Of a stretch of DNA of 64,000 bases, positions 40,712-50,250 are shown piece after piece. Position 1 is the stretch's first letter, and every line of letters starts with the position of its first letter. This DNA is from Haplodiscus bocki (Eukaryota). The stretch spans positions 45,694,001 through 45,758,000 of the forward strand of contig OZ296659.1 in assembly GCA_965655095.1 (NCBI GenBank). Reading direction: 5' to 3'. The notes under the pieces are model-generated. The model searched no databases, was not told the DNA's origin, and saw nothing but the letters and a program-made list of their open reading frames with translations. The position numbers and the translations under genes were made by a program.

Positions 40712-41279
40712 TATTTAATTTCAAAAAATATCTTGCTTTAATCTGTTGGAGTAGGTATAATCGATCATCAATCTTATTGCGTTTGCATATGTTGTCTGTA
40801 ATATACATAGGTCTAATATTAACCCAATTTGTATATTTATTCATCTTAAATTCATTAATTTTAGATAAAGGATAACAATGATCAAGACACCATATAATAC
40901 CATAATTTTCTAACGTCATATCGCCATACAATTGATAAATAATCCATTTCCTCAAATGATAATTAGATTAACCGATTAATGTATTCATTTTATTAATATG
41001 AGACTTAAAAGCATAACTAGTTTTTTGTCTTATTTTACAAGATAGGTTAAATATACAATCGGTTTTTCTCTTCTGTCTTTCATAAGCGTTTATCTTATCG
41101 CGATTGTTTTTATTATAAATTTTTTGATTGTTAAGTAATCGATTTTGATTATTATAATAATACTTCTGACAGCAACTTTTGCAAGAAGGTCTATAACCAT
41201 CATACTTTGTTATATCCTTATAAAAATTAGATTTTGAATATATCATATTGCACTTAGAACAACTCTTTAGTTCATCCAT
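40692..41279 (-). pseudogene. HNH-type endonuclease with N-terminal CxxC zinc finger, one in-frame TAA
   Basis: 40968-41279 and 40692-40955 are in frame across TAA 40968-40970. KSCSKC...CKSC, then WCLDHCYPLS...NIRPMYITDNICK resembles HNH nucleases of large DNA viruses. Confidence 0.7.
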
Positions 41280-41308
41280 TTATTATAACAACTTTATTTG
41301 AAATGAAA

Positions 41309-41737
41309 TCACATAACTTTTAAACGAAGACCTTTTCCATGCATGTCGGTTAGTGATAAAATTTTACCTCCAGTTAATGATTTCAAAATAGTATTTGTAA
41401 CTTGAGCTGATGCTGGGTTTTTCGTTTTTGCAGCCACAGCAGCTGATATCAATGGTGTTGCTATTTTTAAACCAGGTTTGATGAATTTATTCCAAGCTGT
41501 TTTTGATCCTCTGAAAATTTTTTGTAATTTAGATTTTATCGAACCTCCCTCAGGCATATATTGATGAGGTGTGAATGTAATTATCTTCTGACAACCACAT
41601 TTAGGGTTCGGACATTTATCGTGTAGTTTTAATATATTACCTTTACTATTTAAATCAGTCCATGCTGAATTTGACATAGATGAACAATGATTTTTACTAC
41701 ACTTTCCTTTTTTAATAAAATTTTCCGCTCTACTCAT
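41309..41737 (-). CDS. Basic virion protein, adenovirus pVI-like (amphipathic helix, adenain-type sites)
   Basis: EGG|SIKSKLQKIFRGSKTAWNKFIK amphipathic segment; LTGG|K and MHGK|G sites. Confidence 0.55.
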   Translation of the reverse strand: MSRAENFIKKGKCSKNHCSSMSNSAWTDLNSKGNILKLHDKCPNPKCGCQKIITFTPHQYMPEGGSIKSKLQKIFRGSKTAWNKFIKPGLKIATPLISAAVAAKTKNPASAQVTNTILKSLTGGKILSLTDMHGKGLRLKVM

Positions 41738-41896
41738 TTACTTAGTAAAAATTTGTGATTTATTACGATTGCAAATACTACAAGTCCCTTTTATAACTTT
41801 AACTAGTTTTTTAGTTTTAGGATTCATTTTTTCATATTGAGTTATATTATTAGTATTGCTGTAATGACGTCCTCCCAAGCAATAAGTCTTTGTCAT
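41738..41896 (-). CDS. 52-aa basic zinc-ribbon-like protein (not in ORF track)
   Basis: MTKTYCLGGRHYSNTNNITQYEKMNPKTKKLVKVIKGTCSICNRNKSQIFTK; TAAATG start; its stop abuts the next ATG. Confidence 0.7.
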   Translation of the reverse strand: MTKTYCLGGRHYSNTNNITQYEKMNPKTKKLVKVIKGTCSICNRNKSQIFTK

Positions 41897-41900
41897 TTAA

Positions 41901-41993
41901 TTACTGAAAATTTGAATAAGCCGGTGGAGCACTCGGATGATAATCAATATTTTTCTTCTTCCTAGATTTAAAAAAGTTAAAATTGATTTTTAT
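41901..41993 (-). CDS. 30-codon micro-ORF containing PSAPPAY (start codon reads ATA)
   Basis: (I/M)KINFNFFKSRKKKNIDYHPSAPPAYSNFQ*, preceded by TATAAAT; GC-rich codons stand out in an AT-rich spacer. Confidence 0.5.
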   Translation of the reverse strand: MKINFNFFKSRKKKNIDYHPSAPPAYSNFQ

Positions 41994-42001
41994 ATTTATA
42001 T

Positions 42002-42616
42002 TTAAGTCATTTTGGCTAAAAAATTATTTAACTTAATTATTTGTTCTTGTGAAATAGTATCTTTTGAAATGACTTCTCCAAAAATATCTTCTACTTTGAA
42101 TTTAGTCGAGTCCATAATTTCTGTTCTTTTATCAACGTAGTGATTATAAATCTTTTTGAGTTCTAAAGCTTCCTTTTCATCAATCTTTTTATCAATCATA
42201 GATTGATTTAGTGTTTTCTCATACAGAATTGTAATAAAATTTATCCAATCTCTCAGTTTTGTATATCGTAATTTTAATTTACTGATATATTCATTGGTTA
42301 TTAATATAGCAAGAGATGTTAATAAAGCTGAACAACTTGCTATGGGTATTCCTATAGATGGATTAATAATTGAAAAAGTACTAGATGTTATAGCCGATCC
42401 AGATCCAATCAAAATTTCAGTAATGATTAATAATATTTTCTTCTTATTTAATGATTTATATTTCTTTTTATAATATTCATTATCTACTTTGAGAGATTTT
42501 AAAATATTTTCATAATCATGTTTTTCTGTTTGATATTTTAAATTCTTTATTTCCTCATCACGAGATCTAATTTTTAATAATTCTGGTTCGTTTTTTAAAT
42601 CCGGATAAGTCGTCAT
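42002..42616 (-). CDS. Membrane protein: coiled coil plus two-helix hydrophobic hairpin
   Basis: Hydrophobic segments ILLIITEILIGSGSAITSSTFSII and IGIPIASCSALLTSLAILIT flanked by basic helices. Confidence 0.75.
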   Translation of the reverse strand: MTTYPDLKNEPELLKIRSRDEEIKNLKYQTEKHDYENILKSLKVDNEYYKKKYKSLNKKKILLIITEILIGSGSAITSSTFSIINPSIGIPIASCSALLTSLAILITNEYISKLKLRYTKLRDWINFITILYEKTLNQSMIDKKIDEKEALELKKIYNHYVDKRTEIMDSTKFKVEDIFGEVISKDTISQEQIIKLNNFLAKMT

Positions 42617-42985
42617 TTATTAATCAGAAAATATAAAACGAAGATAAACACTTATACGAGTAAATATACTCAAGTATACTTACATTTATTTGAGTAGTTA
42701 TACAATTCTAGAATTTTTTGTGATACATACAATTATAAAATATGGATACATACTATTATACTTGTACATATACCTATGTATACTTACACTTATATGAGTA
42801 ATTATACATTTATTAACATTATGAGATATGAATAATTATATGAGTACTTATACTGAGTTATACTTACAATTATACGAATAGATATTTGAGTATATATACT
42901 TAGGTATTCATACAAATATATGAGTAGATTTTATATTTCTTTTTCTAATAATGACATAGCGTGATATTCTTTTAAAATTCTCTGT

Positions 42986-43147
42986 CTATGTAATTTTTCG
43001 AAGTAATTTTATATTTTTAATAATATCTATTTCATGATCGGTAAATTTTGATTGTTTCAATATATCAGGTTCTGTTAATGATAATAATAATATAAGGCTT
43101 CGTTCATGTCTAATATCCTCAAATATAGTATTGAAATATTGTTCCAT
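42986..43147 (-). CDS. 53-aa hypothetical protein, paralogue of 43239-43481, probably frameshift-truncated
   Basis: MEQYFNTIFEDIRHERSLILLL...DILKQSKFTDHEI vs YFRDLFESIHDYRKIVLL...LLNEIGFSKNDI; TAAATG start. Confidence 0.55.
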   Translation of the reverse strand: MEQYFNTIFEDIRHERSLILLLSLTEPDILKQSKFTDHEIDIIKNIKLLRKIT

Positions 43148-43238
43148 TTATTTAATCAAAATTGTGAACGATGATTAATATCATTTTCCATTAAGTTAAT
43201 TGAAATTGTCAACTTAAACGGTTTATAATATTTTCCAT

Positions 43239-43481
43239 TTATTTATTTAAAAATTTCTCCAAAATGGATTCCTCCTCATTTTTAATATAATCTAAGTAAT
43301 TTCCAAATTCTTCTAATAAAATAGATTTAAACTCTAAATTTAATAAAATAATATCATTTTTACTAAAACCTATTTCGTTTAATAAATTTTTATCATTTTG
43401 AATTAAAAATATTAATAATACTATTTTTCTATAATCATGAATAGATTCAAATAAATCTCTAAAATAATTTATATTATCCAT
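43239..43481 (-). CDS. 80-aa hypothetical protein
   Basis: Open frame with TAAATG start overlapping the upstream stop. Confidence 0.7.
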   Translation of the reverse strand: MDNINYFRDLFESIHDYRKIVLLIFLIQNDKNLLNEIGFSKNDIILLNLEFKSILLEEFGNYLDYIKNEEESILEKFLNK

Positions 43482-44665
43482 TTAGTATACTGAATGTATA
43501 ATTGTTATATCAGAAAAACTCATATCAGCATGAGCAGTACTAATTCTATCATATACCATTCTAATGCCATAATTTTCTTCTGTAAAATCTAAAGATAATA
43601 ATTTCCATTCTGTTGAAGTATCACTATATTGAGTATTTTTTTCGATAGTGTATTTATTAATCCATGTATTATTATCTAATAGCAAATCAATTTGAAAGCG
43701 GCCCATTGATCTTAAATTAACATCACTAGATGAAAATCTGTTATAATAAAATGAAATATTACTGATTTGGATAATATCTGTTCTAATCAATTTTACATAA
43801 GTATAATCACCATTATTATTACTGCTTGTCTCGATATACATAAAAGCTCTACCGATTGGTGGTAAAGCAGTTGCTCCTGAGTCACCTGTCGGTGAGTTCG
43901 TTCTCGTTGATTTTATAAAATTTGATATTTTACCATTGTTATTTTTATCTTTGCATTCAATACTCCATTTCTGCAATAAATAAAGACCGCTGTTAGGGGA
44001 TATCATTGATGTTGTATCCGTTAATTAATATTTATTATATTTAGTAAGATGATATATATCATTTCCAACAGATACAAATAATTCGTTAATGTTTGATTAA
44101 ATCTAAGCAATGTATTTTCCGCTATTGAGTCATCGATGTATTTTTTATTCGCTAATTCGTAATCTAAACTTGGATTTCTATTTACTTGAATAGAATCTAT
44201 ATTTGTTAGTTTATTATCATTGAGATCATTATCTTGATTATTCTTTACTAAAATATTTGATTCATTATAAAAATCAATACCTAAATCTCTTCTAGATCGC
44301 TCGTTATCATTATGAAATTGATCAACGTATGATTTAGTCACAACCTCATTATCATTTATTGGATGATTATTTAAAGTAATACTATTAATATTAGTTAGGT
44401 TATAATTTCCAAAATCATTGTTCTTATTATTACGAATTAATGATGTTTCATCTATAGAATTGTCAACGTAATTTTTATTGCAAGCATCATGTAAATTTAT
44501 TGGATCAATTAAATTTTTAATTTTATATTGATTTTTTAAGTCAATATCTTCTTCTATGTTAGCTTCTATATAATTAGTTCTAAGATATGGTTTCTGTACA
44601 AATAAACTAGTATCTATTTTGTTATCATTATTATTTGAACTATTACCAAATACGTTGATAGGCAT
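43482..44665 (-). pseudogene. Putative fibre/spike protein with repeated xxKxYVD motifs; frameshift plus stop
   Basis: Repeats DACNKNYVD, EVVTKSYVD and ELANKKYID. A frameshift near 44075 leads into VSVGNDIYHLTKYNKY*LTDTTSMISP, in frame with the beta-rich ORF 43482-44006. Confidence 0.65.
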
Positions 44666-44743
44666 TATTTAAAATATAAATATTTACAATTATACTAGTA
44701 TGTATATTTGATATATTTACAATTATATAAGTAAGTATATATG

Positions 44744-45142
44744 TTATTCAAATACGAGTTTTAAAACAGCGTCATAATAATTCATTTTTTCAATTAAATA
44801 GAAGAAGTATAAGCAATAGCTGCCGCATAATTTAGAATTTATATCTTGTATTTTATAATTATGATATATTATCGGTTTTGGTAATTGATTAAGTAAAAAT
44901 TTATCTGGAGCACCTCCAAAACTATCAAAATAAAATGATTTGTTATCTTTTACTATAAAACAAGTCCAATGACTACCACCTTGAGATCCATTATCAATAT
45001 TAACAAATCCTTTGTCTGAATATATTTTAGTATCTCTGGGGTATATAGGATAATTATAAACTCTTTGTAATTGAGATTCGTTCATAGTATCATTTTTCAA
45101 ATTATATTTTTTCATAAAAGATTTAAAATTTAATATTTTCAT
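44744..45142 (-). CDS. pro: Adenain-like (C5) cysteine maturation protease
   Basis: Catalytic motifs GSHW, YFDSFG and IQD...LCGSYC intact. Confidence 0.93.
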   Translation of the reverse strand: MKILNFKSFMKKYNLKNDTMNESQLQRVYNYPIYPRDTKIYSDKGFVNIDNGSQGGSHWTCFIVKDNKSFYFDSFGGAPDKFLLNQLPKPIIYHNYKIQDINSKLCGSYCLYFFYLIEKMNYYDAVLKLVFE

Positions 45143-45165
45143 TTATAAGACGTGGATACATACAA

Positions 45166-46419
45166 TTATATTACTTTAACCTCAATAATTTTATTTCCAT
45201 CTGAGATCATCTCACTTTGTCTTTGTCTAACTAATATAATAAACAATCTTTCGTTAGCAGGATCTTCTGAAAATTCTTCAAATAGCTGTATTTTCTTTGG
45301 TGAAATTTGGTCAATTTGATATCTAAGATCAATTATTTGAATAGGGTACAGATATTTCATATCTGGATAAGATATATAGGGATATAATAGTGACTCGCCA
45401 AGGTACTCTTTATAAAATAATTTTAGATCTCTATATTGATCTAAATATGAATTTTCTTCAAAATTTGTTAATACTCCATCTTTGGGATATCGGATGCCGT
45501 CTATTTCGACAAAATATTTTGTAACGTTATTATCATCAAATATTGCTGGATTAGCCTTTTTGTTAGGAGCTGTTCTTGCATTTGTTTGAAAAGCTGCTAT
45601 CAAATATTTTGGGCTGTTAATATTTTGAGCAGATCCAATATCAACTTGAAGTTCTCTTCCATCATTTGAAATTTTACGTTCTGTATACCAAGAATCAAAA
45701 GTGATAGTGTAATTATTCATAATAGCTTCGTTGAATATAACTTGAGTACTGGTTGATGGAATTAACTGAGGGACGAATAAATACATACTATTGATAGTTA
45801 CATTAATATCATCTGCTATCGTGCTGAATACTATATCCTGAAGATCATTCATTTTAAATATTAGATGAAATCCAAGGTTTTTTGTTATTTTTTTGAATGT
45901 TTTACAAAATCCGAATATGTGTTCTAAGGCTAATTGTCCTTTAATTTTACCTTTGTTAACTTCTTGTGGATGATTGTTGATTAATATTTGTTTAAGAGGA
46001 TTATCATTATGAAGTACTGTTTCACCATTTTTATCAAAATAAGAAGATAAATCACCATCTTTAGATGTTATCATACGCATAATAGTGCTGACTGGGCCAA
46101 CATATTTATTGGTTTCGATATCCATTCCTCCAGTGGTGGCAAGATTAGCTTCCTTGAAACAATAAGCAAAAGCATTATTAACCAACCTTATAACAGATGT
46201 ATTAGTAAAATTACCGGCAGTATTTCGCACTGTTATATCAAATTCGAGATAGGCATTACCAATCTGATGATAATTATTATTTTCACCAAATATAAACTCT
46301 ACGTTTTGATTAACATTTAAATTTGCTCCAGATTGATGATATATTTTAGTAAAATCTCTTTTAACGATAGAATTATCGATTTGATAGTTATCAATTAATT
46401 GAAAATCTTCTAAGCTCAT
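45166..46419 (-). CDS. Major capsid protein (double jelly roll)
   Basis: 417-aa intact beta-rich ORF next to the protease and penton; LVNNAFAYCF, PKYLIAAFQ and IDGIRYP pattern of Polinton/virophage-type MCP. Confidence 0.85.
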   Translation of the reverse strand: MSLEDFQLIDNYQIDNSIVKRDFTKIYHQSGANLNVNQNVEFIFGENNNYHQIGNAYLEFDITVRNTAGNFTNTSVIRLVNNAFAYCFKEANLATTGGMDIETNKYVGPVSTIMRMITSKDGDLSSYFDKNGETVLHNDNPLKQILINNHPQEVNKGKIKGQLALEHIFGFCKTFKKITKNLGFHLIFKMNDLQDIVFSTIADDINVTINSMYLFVPQLIPSTSTQVIFNEAIMNNYTITFDSWYTERKISNDGRELQVDIGSAQNINSPKYLIAAFQTNARTAPNKKANPAIFDDNNVTKYFVEIDGIRYPKDGVLTNFEENSYLDQYRDLKLFYKEYLGESLLYPYISYPDMKYLYPIQIIDLRYQIDQISPKKIQLFEEFSEDPANERLFIILVRQRQSEMISDGNKIIEVKVI

Positions 46420-46449
46420 TTATATAAAATAAAATATTATACACGTATT

Positions 46450-46605
46450 CTATTTATATTCAATAAAGCCGCTTCCTGATAATAATTTATCTTTAAATTT
46501 TTGAATATTTGAGGGTAAACTTATTTTATTATTATTTAATTCTTGTTTAATTTTAGGTTTGTGTTTATTAGAATGTAATCTAGATTTTATCAATGTCTTT
46601 GGCAT
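46450..46605 (-). CDS. 51-aa basic core-like protein with LSGS|G site (not in ORF track)
   Basis: MPKTLIKSRLHSNKHKPKIKQELNNNKISLPSNIQKFKDKLLSGSGFIEYK; TAAATG start. Confidence 0.65.
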   Translation of the reverse strand: MPKTLIKSRLHSNKHKPKIKQELNNNKISLPSNIQKFKDKLLSGSGFIEYK

Positions 46606-46655
46606 TTATTAAGTATTAAAAAATATTTATATACTTATTCATATGTATCCAACTT

Positions 46656-47438
46656 TTAAATTTCTTTGATTGATAAACGAAAAGTAATACTTTGACCGTT
46701 AAATGATACCAAATTTCCATCTTCGTTTTTTAATTTGAAAGAAATACTTGATATAATATCCTTACTATGAAGCATAAACCATTGAACTCCACCTCGGAAT
46801 CGTTCGATGAATTTATATCCTGGATTGACATCCATAGTGAAATTATGAATAATACCCGTCCGTCTGCCTCGGAAGATCATTCCTTGAGCTATGTCAGTAT
46901 CGATAAAAATATTATCAAATGATATGATGTCGACAGGTTTTTGCGATATATTATATTCTTCGTATATAGCCGTTTTTGAAAAACCAAGCAAATTTCCTAT
47001 ACTATCATCAGGGGTGAAAGATATAACAGATCCTTGTGGAGATATTTTTATGATGCTACCAAGTGTATTAAAATCTGGTTTTATATGAAATGGATAATCT
47101 GACTCGGTGTAATGTCCATTATCAATAATAATTCTCTTGATTTCATCATTTAGTGCTTCTATTTCGTAAATACCAGGTCTTATTGTGACTTTTATATGTT
47201 CATCATCATTGATTGATTTGAAGAAATAAAATTTATTATTTTTGTCGGATACATTAAATAATGAATTGTATCCACTTAAGAAAGTAATGGCTATTTTAAA
47301 TTGTTTATTATTTGTTTGCAATGGTTGAAACAGATGTTCTCCGTGAGTACTTTTATCCATAACTATCAACATATGCTCTTCAATTTTAGGTCTCGTATTA
47401 AATGCTATTTGCTCTAATAATTTGGATGGAAGCTCCAT
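46656..47438 (-). CDS. Minor capsid (penton) protein
   Basis: YNSLFNVSDKNNKF, IRPGIYEI, LLGF, PVDII...IFIDTDI, VNPGYKFIE and LVSFNGQSITFRL. Confidence 0.88.
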   Translation of the reverse strand: MELPSKLLEQIAFNTRPKIEEHMLIVMDKSTHGEHLFQPLQTNNKQFKIAITFLSGYNSLFNVSDKNNKFYFFKSINDDEHIKVTIRPGIYEIEALNDEIKRIIIDNGHYTESDYPFHIKPDFNTLGSIIKISPQGSVISFTPDDSIGNLLGFSKTAIYEEYNISQKPVDIISFDNIFIDTDIAQGMIFRGRRTGIIHNFTMDVNPGYKFIERFRGGVQWFMLHSKDIISSISFKLKNEDGNLVSFNGQSITFRLSIKEI

Positions 47439-47516
47439 TTATAAAAAATAAATAAAATACCTACTCATATAATTGTAAATATCATTAAGTATATATACAA
47501 GTATAATTGTAAGTAT

Positions 47517-48344
47517 TTATGACTGAAATTTGTTAAGAGCATTTCGATATTGTTGTTTATTTTGAATTTCGCCTCGTTTGTATAATTCATCTATTAAGTT
47601 ACTTGCTTCGGTAAGAGTATCGGTATGTCCAGATATTTTTAATCCTAGTAGGACTTCTAATCTGGTGTAGATATCAATTATATTAGATGGTATAATAATT
47701 TTAACTCCGTCTCCTTCTAAATCAATTTCATCAAATGTCTTGTTTTGAATTTCTTCAACTAATTTTGGAAGTTTTTTTAAGAAAAATGTTTTCCGGTTTG
47801 AATCTCTATCTCCATCACCTGTGTATCCGAAATCTCTTATAATATTATACATCATTAAAATATCATTTTCGTCTTTCATAGTATTACCTGTGTATGTTGT
47901 TTAAGTTAGAGCTTTATATATTTCTGGAGATAATTCGTAAATATTTTCATTTATTTTTATTGTATCACCTTCTGATATTTGAATGGGAATACCTAATATT
48001 TTTGCTCTACCAGATTCATCTTGAGTAATTTTTAAAGAATTACGACTATTCATTAATGAACCTATCATTTGCCTCATTGCAGTACTAAATTTAGAGTTAT
48101 TTGGCAAAGCTTTTATATCAATCTTAGAATTAGATTCTTTAACAATATCGCTTATTTTTTGAGTACTTTCATTAATAGTATCTGATTTTTTGGTGATAGG
48201 AGATAAACTTTCTGCTAATTTAATATCATGTGTTTGTTTTAAAATTCTATTTTTTATTTTAAGAGCTCTTTGATTTTTCTGTTGATCTGCTAATTTACGA
48301 AGATTAATTAAATCTTGTTCTGTTACATTAGAATAAATACTCAT
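47517..48344 (-). pseudogene. Polinton structural-module protein (275 codons), one in-frame TAA
   Basis: 47901-48344 and 47517-47879 are in frame across TAA 47901-47903; contains LEGD|G and C-terminal RLEVLLGLKISGH...IDELYKRGEI. Confidence 0.7.
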
Positions 48345-48353
48345 TTATTTAAT

Positions 48354-49078
48354 TTAAAACGGATTGGTATTTGGAACGAATATACTATTTAATCCTAATC
48401 GATATCGACCTTGATATTTATCTTTTGTCATATCAATAGTAAGTGGTTGATATTTTTCATTCCAACAAGTAGATGTTAATAATTTGAATTCATTCAGTGT
48501 CATGTCCATAGAACTTTTGTCTTGATAAAGATTTAATACATCTGTGAAATTATTTGGTTTGAATATATGAATAATATTACCTTTGCAAGGTATCGTTTTT
48601 TTACTTAATTCATAGTAGTCTTGACTTATTATAAAAATAGATAAATTATTATGTCTTGATCTTTTAAACATAGCTTGTACTCTAGGATCATCCATCTCTT
48701 TTTGATTTAAATCATCTAATATAATGATACTATTATTTTCATATTCTTGGGGGTATTTCAATTCTTCAATATTATCAAATGTTTCTATTTCAATATTTGA
48801 TTTTTGAAAGTCTTTATTGTTAATTAATTCTTCAATTACTATATCTATATCTTCTTCATTTAAAATATTTGGTATTATATGAATTGGTATATAATTACTC
48901 AAACAATTAATTAATCTTTGATATAACTCTTGATGAAGACTTGGTGAATAGATGTATATTTTATCGTATTCGTTTATAATATTTAAAATTAAATTTGTTA
49001 AAAATACTGATTTACCACATTCTGAAGGACCTGTTAAAATACAACGAAGCGGATGATTTGGATATAATTTTTTTCCAT
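48354..49078 (-). CDS. A32/FtsK-like genome-packaging ATPase; probable 1-bp indel in the A-run after the true ATG (49078)
   Basis: Walker A GPSECGKS, Walker B IIILDD and RSRH motif; the TATAAATG start is out of frame by one base in an A7 run. Confidence 0.9.
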
Positions 49079-49168
49079 TTATATTTAACAAATATTATTC
49101 ATATAATTACTCAAATATGTGCATTTATACCTAGTATAAGTACTCAGATATTTGTATGTATTCATATT

Positions 49169-49357
49169 TTATTTATTTTTAAAAAATTTAATAAAACTAC
49201 ATATTGAAAAAGATAAACAACATACTAATGATAAAAAGCATGGAATGGTTGCTATTATTAAAAATAAATATGATACTTCAATCGTCATAATATCATCATC
49301 TTTATTGGTACAATTACATAATGACATATTATCATCAGTAATTTCTGTTATATTCAT
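49169..49357 (-). CDS. 62-aa single-pass membrane protein
   Basis: Three N-x-S/T sequons, a hydrophobic helix, a Cys cluster and a basic tail; TATAAATG start. Confidence 0.7.
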   Translation of the reverse strand: MNITEITDDNMSLCNCTNKDDDIMTIEVSYLFLIIATIPCFLSLVCCLSFSICSFIKFFKNK

Positions 49358-49366
49358 TTATATTAT

Positions 49367-49849
49367 TTAAAATGGAATATAATTATATTTTCTAATAAGA
49401 GGATGATTTTTATTTCTATTAAGAGCATTTATCAATTGAGGATTTTTGTTGATAATATAATTTATCCTTCTCTCAAGCATCGACATTGGCATTAATAAAT
49501 AATATTTACAAGTGATATTACATAAACATGAAATTGTATTTATTATCATTTGATTGATCTTAAAACTTTTAATATTATGTGATTCAGTATAGAAAAATAA
49601 TAAACATTTTAAATTAATATAATCAGTGTTATGATGAAAATTAATTTCTATATTTAATAATTGATAATTAAATTCTATTTGAAATTCACAATTAATATAA
49701 TAAAAATCAAATTTTTTGTTATGATTAGTTAAATAATTGTTAAATATTTTATCAAAATTATTGATATCAACATTATTAATGATATATTTCATATATATAA
49801 ATTTATTATCATCTTTAACTAAAGTATTTATATAATTATTATATCCCAT
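49367..49849 (-). CDS. 160-aa hypothetical protein
   Basis: Open frame with TAAATAATG start; has an adjacent paralogue. Confidence 0.7.
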   Translation of the reverse strand: MGYNNYINTLVKDDNKFIYMKYIINNVDINNFDKIFNNYLTNHNKKFDFYYINCEFQIEFNYQLLNIEINFHHNTDYINLKCLLFFYTESHNIKSFKINQMIINTISCLCNITCKYYLLMPMSMLERRINYIINKNPQLINALNRNKNHPLIRKYNYIPF

Positions 49850-49859
49850 TATTTAAATA

Positions 49860-50250
49860 TTAAATATTATATGTGATTTGTTTCTGATTATATTAATTGT
49901 CATTTGAGTTACATTATTAAAAATTTTCTCTTCTGCTTTCATCATATCAATAAAAAATAATAATTGCATATTTAATTTATAAATTTCTTTATTATGAACA
50001 AAAGTTGTTTCTAATTCATAAATACCATCATCAAATGAAATATCAAATCAGCATTTAACAAAATAAATATTAAATTTTTTATTATGAACTTCAATATAAT
50101 CATTTAATATCCTAATAACGTCACATAAATCAATATTATTGATAACTATTTTTTTTTATAAATAGCACTATCATTTTCTTTTTTTTTAAAGTATATAAAT
50201 AATTATTAAGTTTATCAGTATTTTCAAAAATATCATGATCGCACTTTTTT
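49860..50250 (-). pseudogene. Disrupted paralogue of 49367-49849
   Basis: INNIDLCDVIRILNDYIEVHNKKFNIYFVKC*FDISF vs INNVDINNFDKIFNNYLTNHNKKFDFYYINCEFQIEF. Confidence 0.65.

Noticed and set aside
35986-48344. TAA reassigned to an amino acid (e.g. Tyr) or programmed readthrough in the Polinton
   Set aside because: TAA is the normal terminator of most genes here. The internal stops would need different residues, a TGA and frameshifts also occur, and MCP, mCP, integrase and protease have none. Mutation explains it better.
39047-49370. Plus-strand ORFs inside the Polinton core (39047, 40140, 46891, 48995, 49152)
   Set aside because: They are antisense shadows of well-supported minus-strand genes and lack the TAAATG start context.
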